A stretch of 63,046 nucleotides of DNA, filler included. It is 5 parts of 5 records of this genome, joined end to end, with 100 filler letters (N's around TTAATTAATTAA, not from the genome) between each part and the next. Parts side by side here need not be neighbours in the genome. Positions count along the whole stretch, not along the records: positions 9,677 to 33,071 come from SRR20825010_5080; 4 more parts are not named here. One strand, 5' to 3'. A program made the translations under genes and the position numbers. This document shows, piece after piece, positions 17,509-27,548 of this stretch (its first letter is position 1; each line of letters begins with the position of its first letter). Below the pieces are notes generated by a model. The model was not told the DNA's origin. It searched no databases and worked only from the letters and a program-made list of their open reading frames with translations.

Positions 17509-18255
17509 ATGCAACGCTTTAAGCTTACCATTGAATATGACGGCCGCCCCTTTGTAGGCTGGCAGCGCCAGGACAACGGGCCGTCGGTACAGGCGGCGCT
17601 TGAGGATGCCTTCAAGGTTTTTGCGCCACACGAGGCGATCCGGGTTACCGGATCAGGGCGGACGGACGCGGGCGTGCACGCGCTTGGGCAGGTCGCCCAT
17701 GTTGACCTCGAGCGCGTGATGAGTTCAGACCAGCTTCAGGGCGCGCTTAATTTTCACCTGAAACCCAACACGGTGGCGGTTGTGAAGGTTGAAGAAGTTC
17801 ATGAAAGCTTCAATGCGCGTTTTGATGCGCTGAAGCGCCACTATACCTACCGTATTGCAAACCGCCGCGCGCCGCTCACATTTGATCGGGGCCTCAAGTG
17901 GCATGTGAAAACCCCACTGGACGCGGACGCGATGCATGACGCGGCCCAGGTATTAGTTGGTCAGCACGACTTCACAACTTTCCGACATGTACAGTGTCAG
18001 GCGAAAAGCCCGGTCAAGACCATGGATTACCTGAAGGTTGAGCGCGAAGGTGATGAAGTGCGTGTGCACGCTGGCGCGCGCTCGTTCCTGCATCACCAGA
18101 TCAGGTCCATCACCGGTACGCTCAAGCTTGTGGGCGAAGGCAAATGGAGCAAGGCAGATGTGAAAGCGGCGCTGGACGCACGCGATCGTCAGGCGCTTGG
18201 CTTCAACGCGCCGCCTGATGGGCTCTATTTTGTGCGGGTCGAGTTTTCTGACTAG
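17509..18255 (+). CDS. truA: tRNA pseudouridine(38-40) synthase
   Basis: [21 protein letters not shown]. Confidence 0.97.
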   Translation: MQRFKLTIEYDGRPFVGWQRQDNGPSVQAALEDAFKVFAPHEAIRVTGSGRTDAGVHALGQVAHVDLERVMSSDQLQGALNFHLKPNTVAVVKVEEVHESFNARFDALKRHYTYRIANRRAPLTFDRGLKWHVKTPLDADAMHDAAQVLVGQHDFTTFRHVQCQAKSPVKTMDYLKVEREGDEVRVHAGARSFLHHQIRSITGTLKLVGEGKWSKADVKAALDARDRQALGFNAPPDGLYFVRVEFSD

Positions 18256-18265
18256 TTCAGAAACG

Positions 18266-18538
18266 TCATTTGTTGGCGTTGGGGAAATAAAACGAGACGA
18301 TCAAGGTTATCAGCGGTAAAGCACCGATTTTAATGAGCTCGAAGATCGCCTTGAGGGCAGCATTATCTGGAGCAAACGCCCAACCAATAAAAACTCCCGC
18401 GATTATTATTGCCATGACAATCAAAACTTGGCGGGCAAGCTTGAGCCGTTCGGTTTCGTCTACAGATGTGACTGAACCCTCGGGCGCATATTGGTCTATG
18501 TCAAAGCTTGCGCCAGCACTGGTTTGATTACCGCTCAT
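18266..18538 (-). CDS. Small two-TM membrane protein
   Basis: Acidic N-terminus then two hydrophobic helices ending IVSFYF; start overlaps the stop of the upstream RHH gene. Confidence 0.75.
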   Translation of the reverse strand: MSGNQTSAGASFDIDQYAPEGSVTSVDETERLKLARQVLIVMAIIIAGVFIGWAFAPDNAALKAIFELIKIGALPLITLIVSFYFPNANK

Positions 18539-18759
18539 CAGATTCCGACAACCCGGCCAAGGACATCAAACTTTGAAGGATCGTCCTGGGTTTCCCTGAC
18601 AATGCCCAGTGAATTACCCTTGCTTTTCTCTGTATCCGCCATGGCAAGAAGCGCGAATGCCCGGCGCATGGCTTCTGCTTTGCTGATGCCTTCGCGTTTC
18701 GCAATCTCGGTCAGGCGATTGTCGACATCTTTGGACAGATCAAGCGTTAATCGGGACAT
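18538..18759 (-). CDS. Ribbon-helix-helix (CopG-like) DNA-binding protein
   Basis: SRLTLDLS beta-strand, RLTEIAKREGISKAEAMRRA helices; GGAG SD. Confidence 0.85.
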   Translation of the reverse strand: MSRLTLDLSKDVDNRLTEIAKREGISKAEAMRRAFALLAMADTEKSKGNSLGIVRETQDDPSKFDVLGRVVGI

Positions 18760-18799
18760 AACTTCACTCCTATATACACAGTGATTTTCAACTCACTAC

Positions 18800-18836
18800 A
18801 TACTGCATATATACTGCAAAATTACGGAATATTCAA
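18800..18836 (-). promoter_or_regulatory. Putative sigma70 promoter with overlapping direct-repeat operator for the RHH operon
   Basis: Minus strand TTGAAT-17nt-TATATA; ATACTGCA at 18800 and 18811 flanks the -10 box. Confidence 0.45.
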
Positions 18837-18846
18837 GGCGACGCCG

Positions 18847-19308
18847 TTAAGCCGCGTTGGACGCTGGTTGCGCCAGCATGGCGTAGAGAGCGCTGGCGTC
18901 TGCGGTCACGCGCAGTTTGGACAATGTTTTTTCGTCCCGGAGCAGGCGCGAGATGCGCGCAAGCGCTTTCAGGTGATCAGCACCTGCGTCTGTGGGCGCG
19001 AGCAGCATGAACACGATATCCACGGGTACATCATCCACGCTGTCAAAATCGATCGGGTTGGCGAGTCGGGCAAAAAGGCCGGTGATGCGCTCAAGACCAT
19101 CAATGCGGGCGTGCGGAATAGCAACGCCCTTGCCAACACCTGTGCTGCCAAGTCGTTCACGTTCCAGGAGCTTGTCGAATACCATACGGCTATCAAGCTC
19201 TAACGTGTCCGCAAGTTTGCGGGACAGTGCCTGAATAGTCTGTTTTTTACTCGATGCTCTAAAATCGGCGAGTACATGCTCAGCCGACAACAAATCTTCG
19301 ATCTCCAT
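18847..19308 (-). CDS. ptsN: PTS EIIA-Ntr
   Basis: RERLGSTGVGKGVAIPHA, HLKALARISR; in the rpoN operon. Confidence 0.95.
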   Translation of the reverse strand: MEIEDLLSAEHVLADFRASSKKQTIQALSRKLADTLELDSRMVFDKLLERERLGSTGVGKGVAIPHARIDGLERITGLFARLANPIDFDSVDDVPVDIVFMLLAPTDAGADHLKALARISRLLRDEKTLSKLRVTADASALYAMLAQPASNAA

Positions 19309-19391
19309 GATCTCTCTTTCGTCCGGACCCAACCATGGTTGGGTCCGGTGGACCTCTCTGGCTTATTCCTATTCGCTTACCGCGGGCCTGT

Positions 19392-19973
19392 TTAGGCGGC
19401 TGTGCCCGGGCTTATCCACCCGATATTGCCGTCCTGGCGGCGGTAAACCACCTCTAGCGTCTCACTTTTCCGGTTGCGGAAGACAAAAGCATTGGCATCT
19501 GCCAAGTCCATCAGCATCACGGCATCACCCACAGATACGAGCGGAATTTCTTTTTTGCTCTCTGCGATGATGATCGGCTGATCATCTGCCCCATTGAGGG
19601 CTTCAGTGTCATCTTCCGTCTCCGGCGCGATAACTGTATCGCGGGCCAACTCAAGGGCCACATCGCGCTGCGGAGCGTGGTGGTGGTTCTTAAGGCGTCG
19701 TTTGTATCGACGCAACTGTTTTTCTATTTTCTCTGTCGCGTTCTCAAATGCGACGTAGGGCTCGTCCGCCTCTCCTCTAGCCTGAAGGCTGATTCCTTGA
19801 TTGGCGTGAAGCGATATGTCTACTCGGTAGAGGTGCCCTTCTTTCACGAATGTGGTTGTTGAATCAATGGTGCGGCTGAAATATTTTTCTGCGACTGCTT
19901 CGAGGCGTTCTTCAACATGGCTGGTGAGTGCTGCGCCTACATTCATTTTCCGTCCGGTAACATTGATATCCAT
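19392..19973 (-). CDS. hpf: Ribosome hibernation promoting factor (long HPF/RaiA)
   Basis: EKIEKQLRRYKRRL, VVYRRQDGNIGWI. Confidence 0.93.
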   Translation of the reverse strand: MDINVTGRKMNVGAALTSHVEERLEAVAEKYFSRTIDSTTTFVKEGHLYRVDISLHANQGISLQARGEADEPYVAFENATEKIEKQLRRYKRRLKNHHHAPQRDVALELARDTVIAPETEDDTEALNGADDQPIIIAESKKEIPLVSVGDAVMLMDLADANAFVFRNRKSETLEVVYRRQDGNIGWISPGTAA

Positions 19974-20240
19974 AGGTGCCAATCATCCTTTCTACAGCTG
20001 CCGGGGAGGCAGCTTTATTGACAATACGAGCCGTGGTAGCCCGCGTTGCGACACGGTATTTCCGGTGCCTGTCCCCGTTTGACACCGGGGTCGCTGACGA
20101 CCATTGCGGCCGACTAAATCAGCCTACCACAAAAGATGGTTTAAGTGTGGTTAATGGGAAATGATTTATGTCAAATTTTTGAAACTAAACGGGATTTGGT
20201 GAGCGCTTTTTTGGTGGCTTTTTGGAAAGCTATGAGCGAC

Positions 20241-21821
20241 TCACGAGCCCATGTTCTTGAGGCGCCTGCGTTGTACCGATGACGGGATGCGTAACGCCTC
20301 ACGATATTTGGCCACCGTACGGCGTGCGATATCGATGCCTTCGGCCTGCATCATCACAACCAATTTATCGTCAGAGAGGATTTTTTTCGGGCTTTCAGCG
20401 TCGATAAGCTCTTTCAGGCGGAATTTTACCGACTCGGACGAGTGCGCGTCCCCACCGTCGCCTGACGAGATGGACGAGGTGAAAAAATACTTCAGCTCAA
20501 ACATACCGCGTGGGCACGACATGAATTTGTTGTTGGTCACGCGGGAGACCGTGCTTTCATGCATGTTGATCTCGTCCGCGATATCCTTGAGCGTAAGGGG
20601 CTTGAGGAATCGCACGCCATGCTCGAAAAAATGGCTCTGTGTTTTCACCAGCGCCGTTGAAACCTTGAGAATGGTGCGCGCGCGCTGGTCAAGTGCCTTC
20701 ACCAGCCAGTTCGCGGAAGATACACAGTCGGAGACGAAGGTTTTGGCTTCTTTGCTGCCGCCCACATCGGAAAGCTCTGTCAGGTACTGCTGGTTTACAA
20801 GCACCTTGGGCAGGGTGTCGGTGTTCAGTTCCACAATCCAGCTGCCGGCGCGGTTCTTTTGCACAAAGATATCCGGCACCACAGGCTGCACGGACGTGCC
20901 ACCGTACGCCAGCCCCGGTTTGGGGTTCAGCGCGCGGATTTCCTTGACCATATCGGCGATATCGTCCTGGTCCACGCCGCAGATGCGCTTGAGCGCCACC
21001 ATGTCGCGCTTGGCCAACAGCTCAAGGTTATCAATCAGCGCTTCCATGGCCGGGTCAAAGCGGTCCAGCTCCTGCAGTTGAATGGCAAGGCATTCGCCGA
21101 GGCTGCGGGCAAACACACCTGAAGGTTCAAGCGTCTGCATCACAGTGAGTACGCGGTCCACATCTACATCTTCACAGCCCAACCGCTCGGCAATCTCGCC
21201 AAGGTCAGCGGCATTCAGATAGCCTGCTTCGTCCACAAGGTCGATCATATGGGTGGCAATCAGACGGTCAGCGGGGTTCTGTACCGCCACGGCCATCTGG
21301 CGCAAGAGGAAATCATGCAGGTTTTCTTCGCCCTCGAGCGTTTGATCAAGCCCACGGTCGTCAAACCCGCCGCCGCTGCCTTTAATCGCACCGCCGCCAT
21401 CATAAGAAAGGCTGCCGGAGCTGGTTTCCGTGCTCACGCGGTCTGGCGCTGCATCACTGTTGTAAAGATTGGTTTCATAATCAGTATCAAGGGCGGAATC
21501 CGCGCTGGATGAGGTGTCTGTCGCGCTATCAAGGCCCCGGTCAGCGGCGACAATGCCGTCAGAGCCGTCCCCGCCACCATCACCACCTTCGCGCAGGTAT
21601 TCATCATTTGCGGTGCCGCCGTGCTCACCGCCATCGTCGCCGGGAACACCGCCGTCACCCGGTTCGCCTACCTCAAGAAGCGGGTTGCGCTCAACCTCTT
21701 GCGCGACATAGTCGGCAAGTTCCAGATTATTGAGCTGCAATAGCTTGATCGCCTGCTGCAGCTGGGGTGTCATCACCAGCTGCTGGCTCTGTCTAAGATC
21801 AAGCCTTGGCGTTAAGGCCAC
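20241..21821 (-). CDS. rpoN: RNA polymerase sigma-54
   Basis: LVMTPQLQQAIKLLQL, HESTVSR, RpoN box ARRTVAKYRE. Confidence 0.98.
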   Translation of the reverse strand: MALTPRLDLRQSQQLVMTPQLQQAIKLLQLNNLELADYVAQEVERNPLLEVGEPGDGGVPGDDGGEHGGTANDEYLREGGDGGGDGSDGIVAADRGLDSATDTSSSADSALDTDYETNLYNSDAAPDRVSTETSSGSLSYDGGGAIKGSGGGFDDRGLDQTLEGEENLHDFLLRQMAVAVQNPADRLIATHMIDLVDEAGYLNAADLGEIAERLGCEDVDVDRVLTVMQTLEPSGVFARSLGECLAIQLQELDRFDPAMEALIDNLELLAKRDMVALKRICGVDQDDIADMVKEIRALNPKPGLAYGGTSVQPVVPDIFVQKNRAGSWIVELNTDTLPKVLVNQQYLTELSDVGGSKEAKTFVSDCVSSANWLVKALDQRARTILKVSTALVKTQSHFFEHGVRFLKPLTLKDIADEINMHESTVSRVTNNKFMSCPRGMFELKYFFTSSISSGDGGDAHSSESVKFRLKELIDAESPKKILSDDKLVVMMQAEGIDIARRTVAKYREALRIPSSVQRRRLKNMGS

Positions 21822-21833
21822 AGTTGGTCCTCC

Positions 21834-22607
21834 TTAAAGGCTAAAGCTTTCACCCAAATAAACCCGTCTGACATCCGGGTCCTTGAGCACGGCCTCTGCG
21901 TTGCCTTCAAACAGCACATGGCCGTCGTAAATAATATAAGCGCGGTCAATGATATCGAGCGTCTCGCGCACGTTGTGATCGGTGATCAACACACCGATGC
22001 CCCGGTCTTTAAGGTGCGCGGTCAGGTCACGAATGTCGGCGATGGCGATCGGGTCGATGCCTGCAAAGGGTTCGTCAAGCAACACAAAGCTTGGGCGTGC
22101 CGCCAGCGCGCGCGCGATTTCGCAGCGCCGACGCTCCCCGCCTGAAAGCGCAAGTGCGGGTGTGTTGCGAAGGTGCGCGATGGAGAATTCTTCCAGAAGT
22201 TCGTTGAGCATCGCGTCTCTGAGCGCGCGGTCTTTCTCAACCACTTCCAGGATAGCGCGGATGTTTTCTTCTACTGTCATGCCGCGGAAGATTGATGTTT
22301 CCTGCGGCAGGTATCCGATGCCAAGCCGTGCCCTGCGGTACATGGGCAGATGGGTGATTTCAACACCGTCAAGCTCAACCCGGCCCCGGTCAGGGGCGAT
22401 CAGCCCGGTGATGGAATAAAAGCATGTGGTTTTACCGGCGCCATTTGGCCCCAGAAGCCCGACAACCTCGCCCCGGTGCACGGAAAGGGATACGTCCCTT
22501 AAGACCGGCCGTCCACTATAGGCTTTGCCGATACCGCAAACATGCAACCCTTCGCCAGCATTGGCGTCTGGCCCTTTTGTTTGTTGACTGCTTTCGCTGC
22601 CATCCAT
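21834..22607 (-). CDS. lptB: LPS export ABC ATPase
   Basis: GPNGAGKT, YLPQE, LSGGERRR, LLDEPFAGIDP, ITDHNVRETL. Confidence 0.96.
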   Translation of the reverse strand: MDGSESSQQTKGPDANAGEGLHVCGIGKAYSGRPVLRDVSLSVHRGEVVGLLGPNGAGKTTCFYSITGLIAPDRGRVELDGVEITHLPMYRRARLGIGYLPQETSIFRGMTVEENIRAILEVVEKDRALRDAMLNELLEEFSIAHLRNTPALALSGGERRRCEIARALAARPSFVLLDEPFAGIDPIAIADIRDLTAHLKDRGIGVLITDHNVRETLDIIDRAYIIYDGHVLFEGNAEAVLKDPDVRRVYLGESFSL

Positions 22608-22857
22608 ACTCGCTAACCATCCCTTTTGCGGGGCCTTCCCAGCCCGGCACTTAAAAGCGCCGGAAGACCTGCTTTCCCGTTTGGCTCATTTTATGCATAA
22701 GCCACCCTCAATAAACCATGAACATGGGCATCACGCCAGTGAAAAGCAATGGTTTCAGCTGGTATTATCTTAATCAATAAGGCTTGTGGCCAGCCGCATT
22801 GCCGCGCTCAGTTTGCATTAGCGCAGTGAAGCTGGTTTTGCGATGGCAGGCTGAATT

Positions 22858-23415
22858 TTATTGCTTTTCGTCCGGCTTCTTGGCGGAAGGCACGCTAAAC
22901 TGGCCACGCACACGGCCGTCTTCGCTGGCGTTGCCATCCAGCTTCGCGAGGCCTGAGACGAGGTCGAACTCAAGCCGGTTGCCCCTGAGTGTAGAATCGC
23001 CCTGTGTGAACACAACATCACCGCCCAGCGTGATCAACCGCCGGTCCACATCATAAACGCCCCATTCACCGCTCAGTGTTTCACTGGCGGAGGTGAGTGT
23101 GACCGACCCTTCAGCATCGAGCCGGGAGATTGACGGGTTTTCCACGCCGTTTTCAGCCTGGTAAAACACAGTCAGCGTATCCGCGTTCAGGGTCATTTTG
23201 CCTTGCTTGACAGTCACAGCACCCTTGAAAATAGCCCGGCCTTCTTTTTGTTTCATCTCCAGCCGTTCGGCAGAGATATCAATGGCCTGATAGGTGTCAT
23301 GGCTTTTGAGAACCGATTGCGCCAGCAAAGGTGATGCCATTGCACACAGGGTAGCAGTCAGGATTGCAGTGGCTAGGCTGACTTTTTGGAAAAGCTTTTT
23401 CATATCTGTTCTCAT
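22858..23415 (-). CDS. lptA: LPS transport periplasmic protein LptA (OstA-like)
   Basis: Signal peptide plus beta-jellyroll (IDISAERLE, FKGAVTVKQG); position upstream of lptB. Confidence 0.85.
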   Translation of the reverse strand: MRTDMKKLFQKVSLATAILTATLCAMASPLLAQSVLKSHDTYQAIDISAERLEMKQKEGRAIFKGAVTVKQGKMTLNADTLTVFYQAENGVENPSISRLDAEGSVTLTSASETLSGEWGVYDVDRRLITLGGDVVFTQGDSTLRGNRLEFDLVSGLAKLDGNASEDGRVRGQFSVPSAKKPDEKQ

Positions 23416-24170
23416 GTGCCTGCGAACTCGGTTTCGCTGTTGGGTGTATTGCTTGGCTGGCTGGTAAGCCGTGGCGCTTTGGGGCCGTCCTGCGCCGGAC
23501 GTTGGGGCACAAGGTGCAGCCTGACGCCGCCCTCAAAAACACCTTCGTGGGTATCGATCAGCACTTCCATGCTGCCAGCTTCAAGCTGTCCCAACTCAGA
23601 CGCGCCTTTGATTTTGCCGGTGCCTTTGGCTGTGTGGGCCTTGAGGTCCACTTCCGCGCCGTCCATCTCCAGTTGATAACCTGCCGCAGACCGCACAGAA
23701 ACGCCGCCGATAAGTTCAAGCGTGCTTTCTTTCATGCGGTATATGCCGGTGCGGGCATGCACAAAGGCGGGCAGGTCGGGCTGCAACTCCATTCGCGCAC
23801 GGATATCGCTTAGCCGAATTATGGGCGCGTTTGCATCTTCCTGCTGGCCAGCGCTGGCTTCAATGCGGAACAGGCGGTTGCCCGTATCTGTGCCCACATA
23901 GCGCAAGTTGGTCATATGCACGACGCTTGAGGTTTTGGCCACTTCCTCGCGTGAGAGAGTGAAGCTGACCTCGGTTTCATTGATGAAGGGCCATAGAATG
24001 GTAACACTGCCCAGCACCAGCGCGCAGATGGGTAGCACAAGCCGCATGACAATAATGAAGCTGTCCCAGTGGCGCCCGACGGGCACGATCTTCATCGGCC
24101 CCAAGGCCGCACGCGCGCGTTCCCGTGCCGTGGTAGCGCTGCCAAAATGTTCAGACTTCATCTGCGACAT
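23412..24170 (-). CDS. lptC: LPS export protein LptC
   Basis: Single N-terminal TM plus beta-rich domain; synteny; start uncertain. Confidence 0.8.
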   Translation of the reverse strand: MSQMKSEHFGSATTARERARAALGPMKIVPVGRHWDSFIIVMRLVLPICALVLGSVTILWPFINETEVSFTLSREEVAKTSSVVHMTNLRYVGTDTGNRLFRIEASAGQQEDANAPIIRLSDIRARMELQPDLPAFVHARTGIYRMKESTLELIGGVSVRSAAGYQLEMDGAEVDLKAHTAKGTGKIKGASELGQLEAGSMEVLIDTHEGVFEGGVRLHLVPQRPAQDGPKAPRLTSQPSNTPNSETEFAGT

Positions 24171-24183
24171 CAACTCATTTGCC

Positions 24184-24795
24184 TTAGTGCGAGAAAATAT
24201 CCATCGGCTCAAACCCCTTGAGGTCGAGCGCGGCGCGGGTCGGCAGAAAAGCGAAAGCGGCTTCGGCCAGAGCTGTACGCCCCTCGCGTGCCAGCATCAT
24301 ATCAAGCTTTTCCTTGCAGGCATGCAGGTAAAGCACATCAGAGGCCGCATAGTCTTTTTGCGCGTCTGATATCTCGTCCGCACCCCAGTCGCTTGATTGC
24401 TGCTGTTTATCAAGGTCCACACCGGCAAGCTCGCGGCACAGGTCCTTGAGGCCGTGACGGTCCGTATAGGTGCGCACAAGTTTGCTGGCGATCTTGGTGC
24501 AGTATATCGGCGCCGTGTCCACACCCAGATAAGCTTTCATCACAGCCACATCAAAACGCGCGAAATGGAAGATCTTGAGCACATCCGGATTGGTCAGCAG
24601 CGCCTTCAGGTTCGGGGCATCATACATGCCCTTTTTGAAGCGCACGAGGTGAGCATTGCCGTCCCCGCTTGAAAGCTGCACCACACAGAGCCTGTCCCGG
24701 TGAGGCAGAAGGCCCATGGTTTCGCTGTCAATCGCGACGGACGCGCCAAAGTCCAGCCCGCTTGGCAGGTCGCCCTCGTAGAAGTGGATGGCCAT
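24184..24795 (-). CDS. rnd: Ribonuclease D (short 3'-5' exonuclease)
   Basis: AIDSETMGL, FHFARFD, QQSSDWG, YAASDV. Confidence 0.9.
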   Translation of the reverse strand: MAIHFYEGDLPSGLDFGASVAIDSETMGLLPHRDRLCVVQLSSGDGNAHLVRFKKGMYDAPNLKALLTNPDVLKIFHFARFDVAVMKAYLGVDTAPIYCTKIASKLVRTYTDRHGLKDLCRELAGVDLDKQQQSSDWGADEISDAQKDYAASDVLYLHACKEKLDMMLAREGRTALAEAAFAFLPTRAALDLKGFEPMDIFSH

Positions 24796-25013
24796 GATGT
24801 CTCCCAATCTTTTTGCTTGCCTGCTCTCCTGACAGGATATGTCAGGCAATGTCCATATTATAGAGACCCTTATGGCAGAAAAAAGGACTATATGCACCCG
24901 TGACTTATTTGCGCATGTGAGGGCGGGTATACGGGAATGAAATCTTGCCACAGCTAAAGAATACGCTACCTCTAAGGCGCACATGAAGTTCAGATTATCA
25001 GGAAGGTTTGATC

Positions 25014-25805
25014 ATGCAGGAACGGCTTTTTGGCGACATTCTCGGCGATGTGGACAGCGCGGATGCTGTTGCAACGCTGACACCAGGCTGGATGCAGGGT
25101 CGCGCAGCATATGGCGGGCTTGTGGGCGGCCTGCTGGTGGCTGGCATGAACAGGGCGCTGAGCACACCAAAGCCTATGCGTTCGCTGATGGTATCCTTTG
25201 TGGGGCCCGCGCCTGCGGGTGAAGTACAGGTGGTCTCAAGCGTGCTGCGTGAAGGGCGTAATGTCACCCAAGCCACATCGCAGGTGCGTGCGGGTGATGC
25301 GGTGTGCGCGCAAGCCATGGCGTCTTTTGGGGATGCGCGGGACACCAAAGCCGCAGCCCCCAACGTGGCGTTCAACCCGGAACCGCGTGACAGCGTGCCA
25401 CCTCTTCAGGGGGCCGGGCGCCTTCTGCCGCCCTTCCTGCAGTATTTTGATGGTCACTGGACCGGGGGCGGCGTGCCCATGTCGAACACAGGCGACCGCC
25501 GCCTTGGCATGTGGGTGAAACACAAAAGCGACATGAGCGCTTACCCTGCAGAAGCGCTTGTGGGCCTTGCGGACATCCCGCCACCGGTGATGATGTCGCA
25601 CTACAACAAACCGGTGATGGCAAGCTCGCTCAGCTGGTCGCTTGAGTTTCTCATGCCGCCGGCGGACGTGAAAGCCGACTGGTTCTACCTTGATTATACG
25701 CTTGAAGCAGCGAAGGACGGCTACAGCCAGCAATCAGGCATGCTGTTTACCGAAGCTGGTGAACTGGTGGCCCTTTCCCGCCAGTGCATGGTCTATTTCG
25801 AATAG
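25014..25805 (+). CDS. Thioesterase family (double hotdog) protein
   Basis: WMQGRAAYGG, VLREGRN, ALSRQCMVYF. Confidence 0.85.
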   Translation: MQERLFGDILGDVDSADAVATLTPGWMQGRAAYGGLVGGLLVAGMNRALSTPKPMRSLMVSFVGPAPAGEVQVVSSVLREGRNVTQATSQVRAGDAVCAQAMASFGDARDTKAAAPNVAFNPEPRDSVPPLQGAGRLLPPFLQYFDGHWTGGGVPMSNTGDRRLGMWVKHKSDMSAYPAEALVGLADIPPPVMMSHYNKPVMASSLSWSLEFLMPPADVKADWFYLDYTLEAAKDGYSQQSGMLFTEAGELVALSRQCMVYFE

Positions 25806-25819
25806 GGCTCTTGCGCGGG

Positions 25820-26290
25820 TTAAGGCATCACCGGCACATCAAGGCCAACCTTGGTGCGGCTCATGACAACAGAGGTGCGAAAGCGCCGCACATTGCCATT
25901 TTCAAAAAACAGGCGGTGGGTAAGTGCCTCGAACGCCTGCATGTCTGCGGCCGTGCACACAAGCACAAAATCCGCCTCCCCGGTCACATAATAACACTGC
26001 TGAACCGCGCTTTCCCTCGCTGCCATGCGGCGGAAAGCATCAAGCTGGTCGATACGTTCACGTTCCAGCTCCACCAGCACGATGAAGGTCATATCCTGCC
26101 CAAGTGCTTTTTGGTTCAGCACCGCAATCTCGCGCTCAATCACGCCGGATGCCCTGAGTTTCTTGAGCCTGCGCTGCACGGAAGGGGTTGAAAGGCCGCA
26201 AGCATCCGCCAGGTCGTTGATCGAGGTGGTGCTGTCCCGCTGCAATTCAGCAAGCAGGATACGGTCCGCATGGTCAAGGTCGGTCATCAT
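25820..26290 (-). CDS. Lrp/AsnC transcriptional regulator
   Basis: LDHADRILLAELQRD HTH, CYYVTGEADF. Confidence 0.92.
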   Translation of the reverse strand: MMTDLDHADRILLAELQRDSTTSINDLADACGLSTPSVQRRLKKLRASGVIEREIAVLNQKALGQDMTFIVLVELERERIDQLDAFRRMAARESAVQQCYYVTGEADFVLVCTAADMQAFEALTHRLFFENGNVRRFRTSVVMSRTKVGLDVPVMP

Positions 26291-26386
26291 AATATCTATC
26301 GATCACTTTTTGCCATTGTATGATCAAAAATAGTCACACAAATAGCAATGCGCGCGCAATATATATCGCCATAGCGCGGTATATTC

Positions 26387-27499
26387 ATGCCCGACAAACA
26401 ACAGGGCGCGCTTATGCAGGTTTCACCTTCAATCCATCAAACTGTGTTCAAACCGGATGTTGCACGGGCGCGTGCGACTATGGCGCAGTGTGCGCTTTAT
26501 GCGCCAACACCGCTCATCACCGTGAAGGCGCCAAATGGCAGCGGCATATATATCAAGGACGAAACCGGCAGGCTGGGCCTTGGTGCTTTCAAGGGCCTTG
26601 GTGCCATCTATGCAGTGGCGCAGCTTCTTGCTGGCCTTCTCGGCCAACAGCGCCGGGTGCTGTGGCCCGCAATGGAGCGGCTTGGCGATGCAGAGAACGC
26701 CGCGCTCAGCGGTGTGACCCTCGTGTGCGCAAGCGCGGGCAACCACGGTATGGCGGTGGCAAAAGCCGCGCAGATATTTGGCGTGCGCGCAAAGGTGTTC
26801 CTGCCGGAAAGTGCGCCTGAAAGCTTCGCCCGTCGCCTCGCAGGTCTGGGCGCAGAGGCTGTGATCGCGGGCACCACCTATGAAGACGCCTGTGCCGCCG
26901 CTGCGAATGCCGCAAAGGCCGCAAAGGGTAACAAGGTTTTCCTCGTGGCGGATTTTTCTATCGCAAACGACGAAACTACCCCCGCGCTTGTGATGGAAGG
27001 ATACCAGATACTGGCGAGCGAGCTGGAGCAGGTGTTTGCGGGCACTGGCATCTGGCCCACCCATGTTTATTTGCAGGCGGGTGTGGGCAGTTTTGCGGCC
27101 GCTACCGCGCGTTACATTCGCCTGCACTGGCCCATGCAGCCCACCATCATCATCGTTGAGCCTGACGTTGCGCCGTGCCTGAGGGCAAGCGCAAGTGCTG
27201 GCAGACTGACGGTGGTTGCAGACCCGCGGGCCTCGCTCATGCACCGACTGGACTGCAAGGTTCCCTCAAGCCTTGCGGTGGATGTGCTGGCTCATGCTGA
27301 TGTGCACTACCATACGGTGAGCGATGAGGCCGCGGTCCGCGCCGTGCAGGCGCTTCATGGCTCTGGTATGGTCACAACCCCCTCGGGTGCGGCGGGTTAT
27401 GCAGCCATCCTTTCCGATGTTGAAACAGGCAGGCTTGGCGGCAATGACCGGCCCCTGTGTGTTGTAACCGAAGGGGCTGAAAGCGCCCCATGCTCGTAA
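26387..27499 (+). CDS. PLP-dependent fold-type II enzyme, diaminopropionate ammonia-lyase-like
   Basis: KDETGRLGLGAFKGLG (PLP Lys), SAGNHG, QAGVGS, VVTEG. Confidence 0.8.
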   Translation: MPDKQQGALMQVSPSIHQTVFKPDVARARATMAQCALYAPTPLITVKAPNGSGIYIKDETGRLGLGAFKGLGAIYAVAQLLAGLLGQQRRVLWPAMERLGDAENAALSGVTLVCASAGNHGMAVAKAAQIFGVRAKVFLPESAPESFARRLAGLGAEAVIAGTTYEDACAAAANAAKAAKGNKVFLVADFSIANDETTPALVMEGYQILASELEQVFAGTGIWPTHVYLQAGVGSFAAATARYIRLHWPMQPTIIIVEPDVAPCLRASASAGRLTVVADPRASLMHRLDCKVPSSLAVDVLAHADVHYHTVSDEAAVRAVQALHGSGMVTTPSGAAGYAAILSDVETGRLGGNDRPLCVVTEGAESAPCS

Positions 27500-27548
27500 A
27501 CCCCAACCCCAAATAAGCTCATCTCTATATATAAGAAAGACAGCAAGA

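Noticed and set aside
20141-20155. CtrA-like TTAA..TTAA upstream of hpf
   Set aside because: Spacing is 6 nt, not 7
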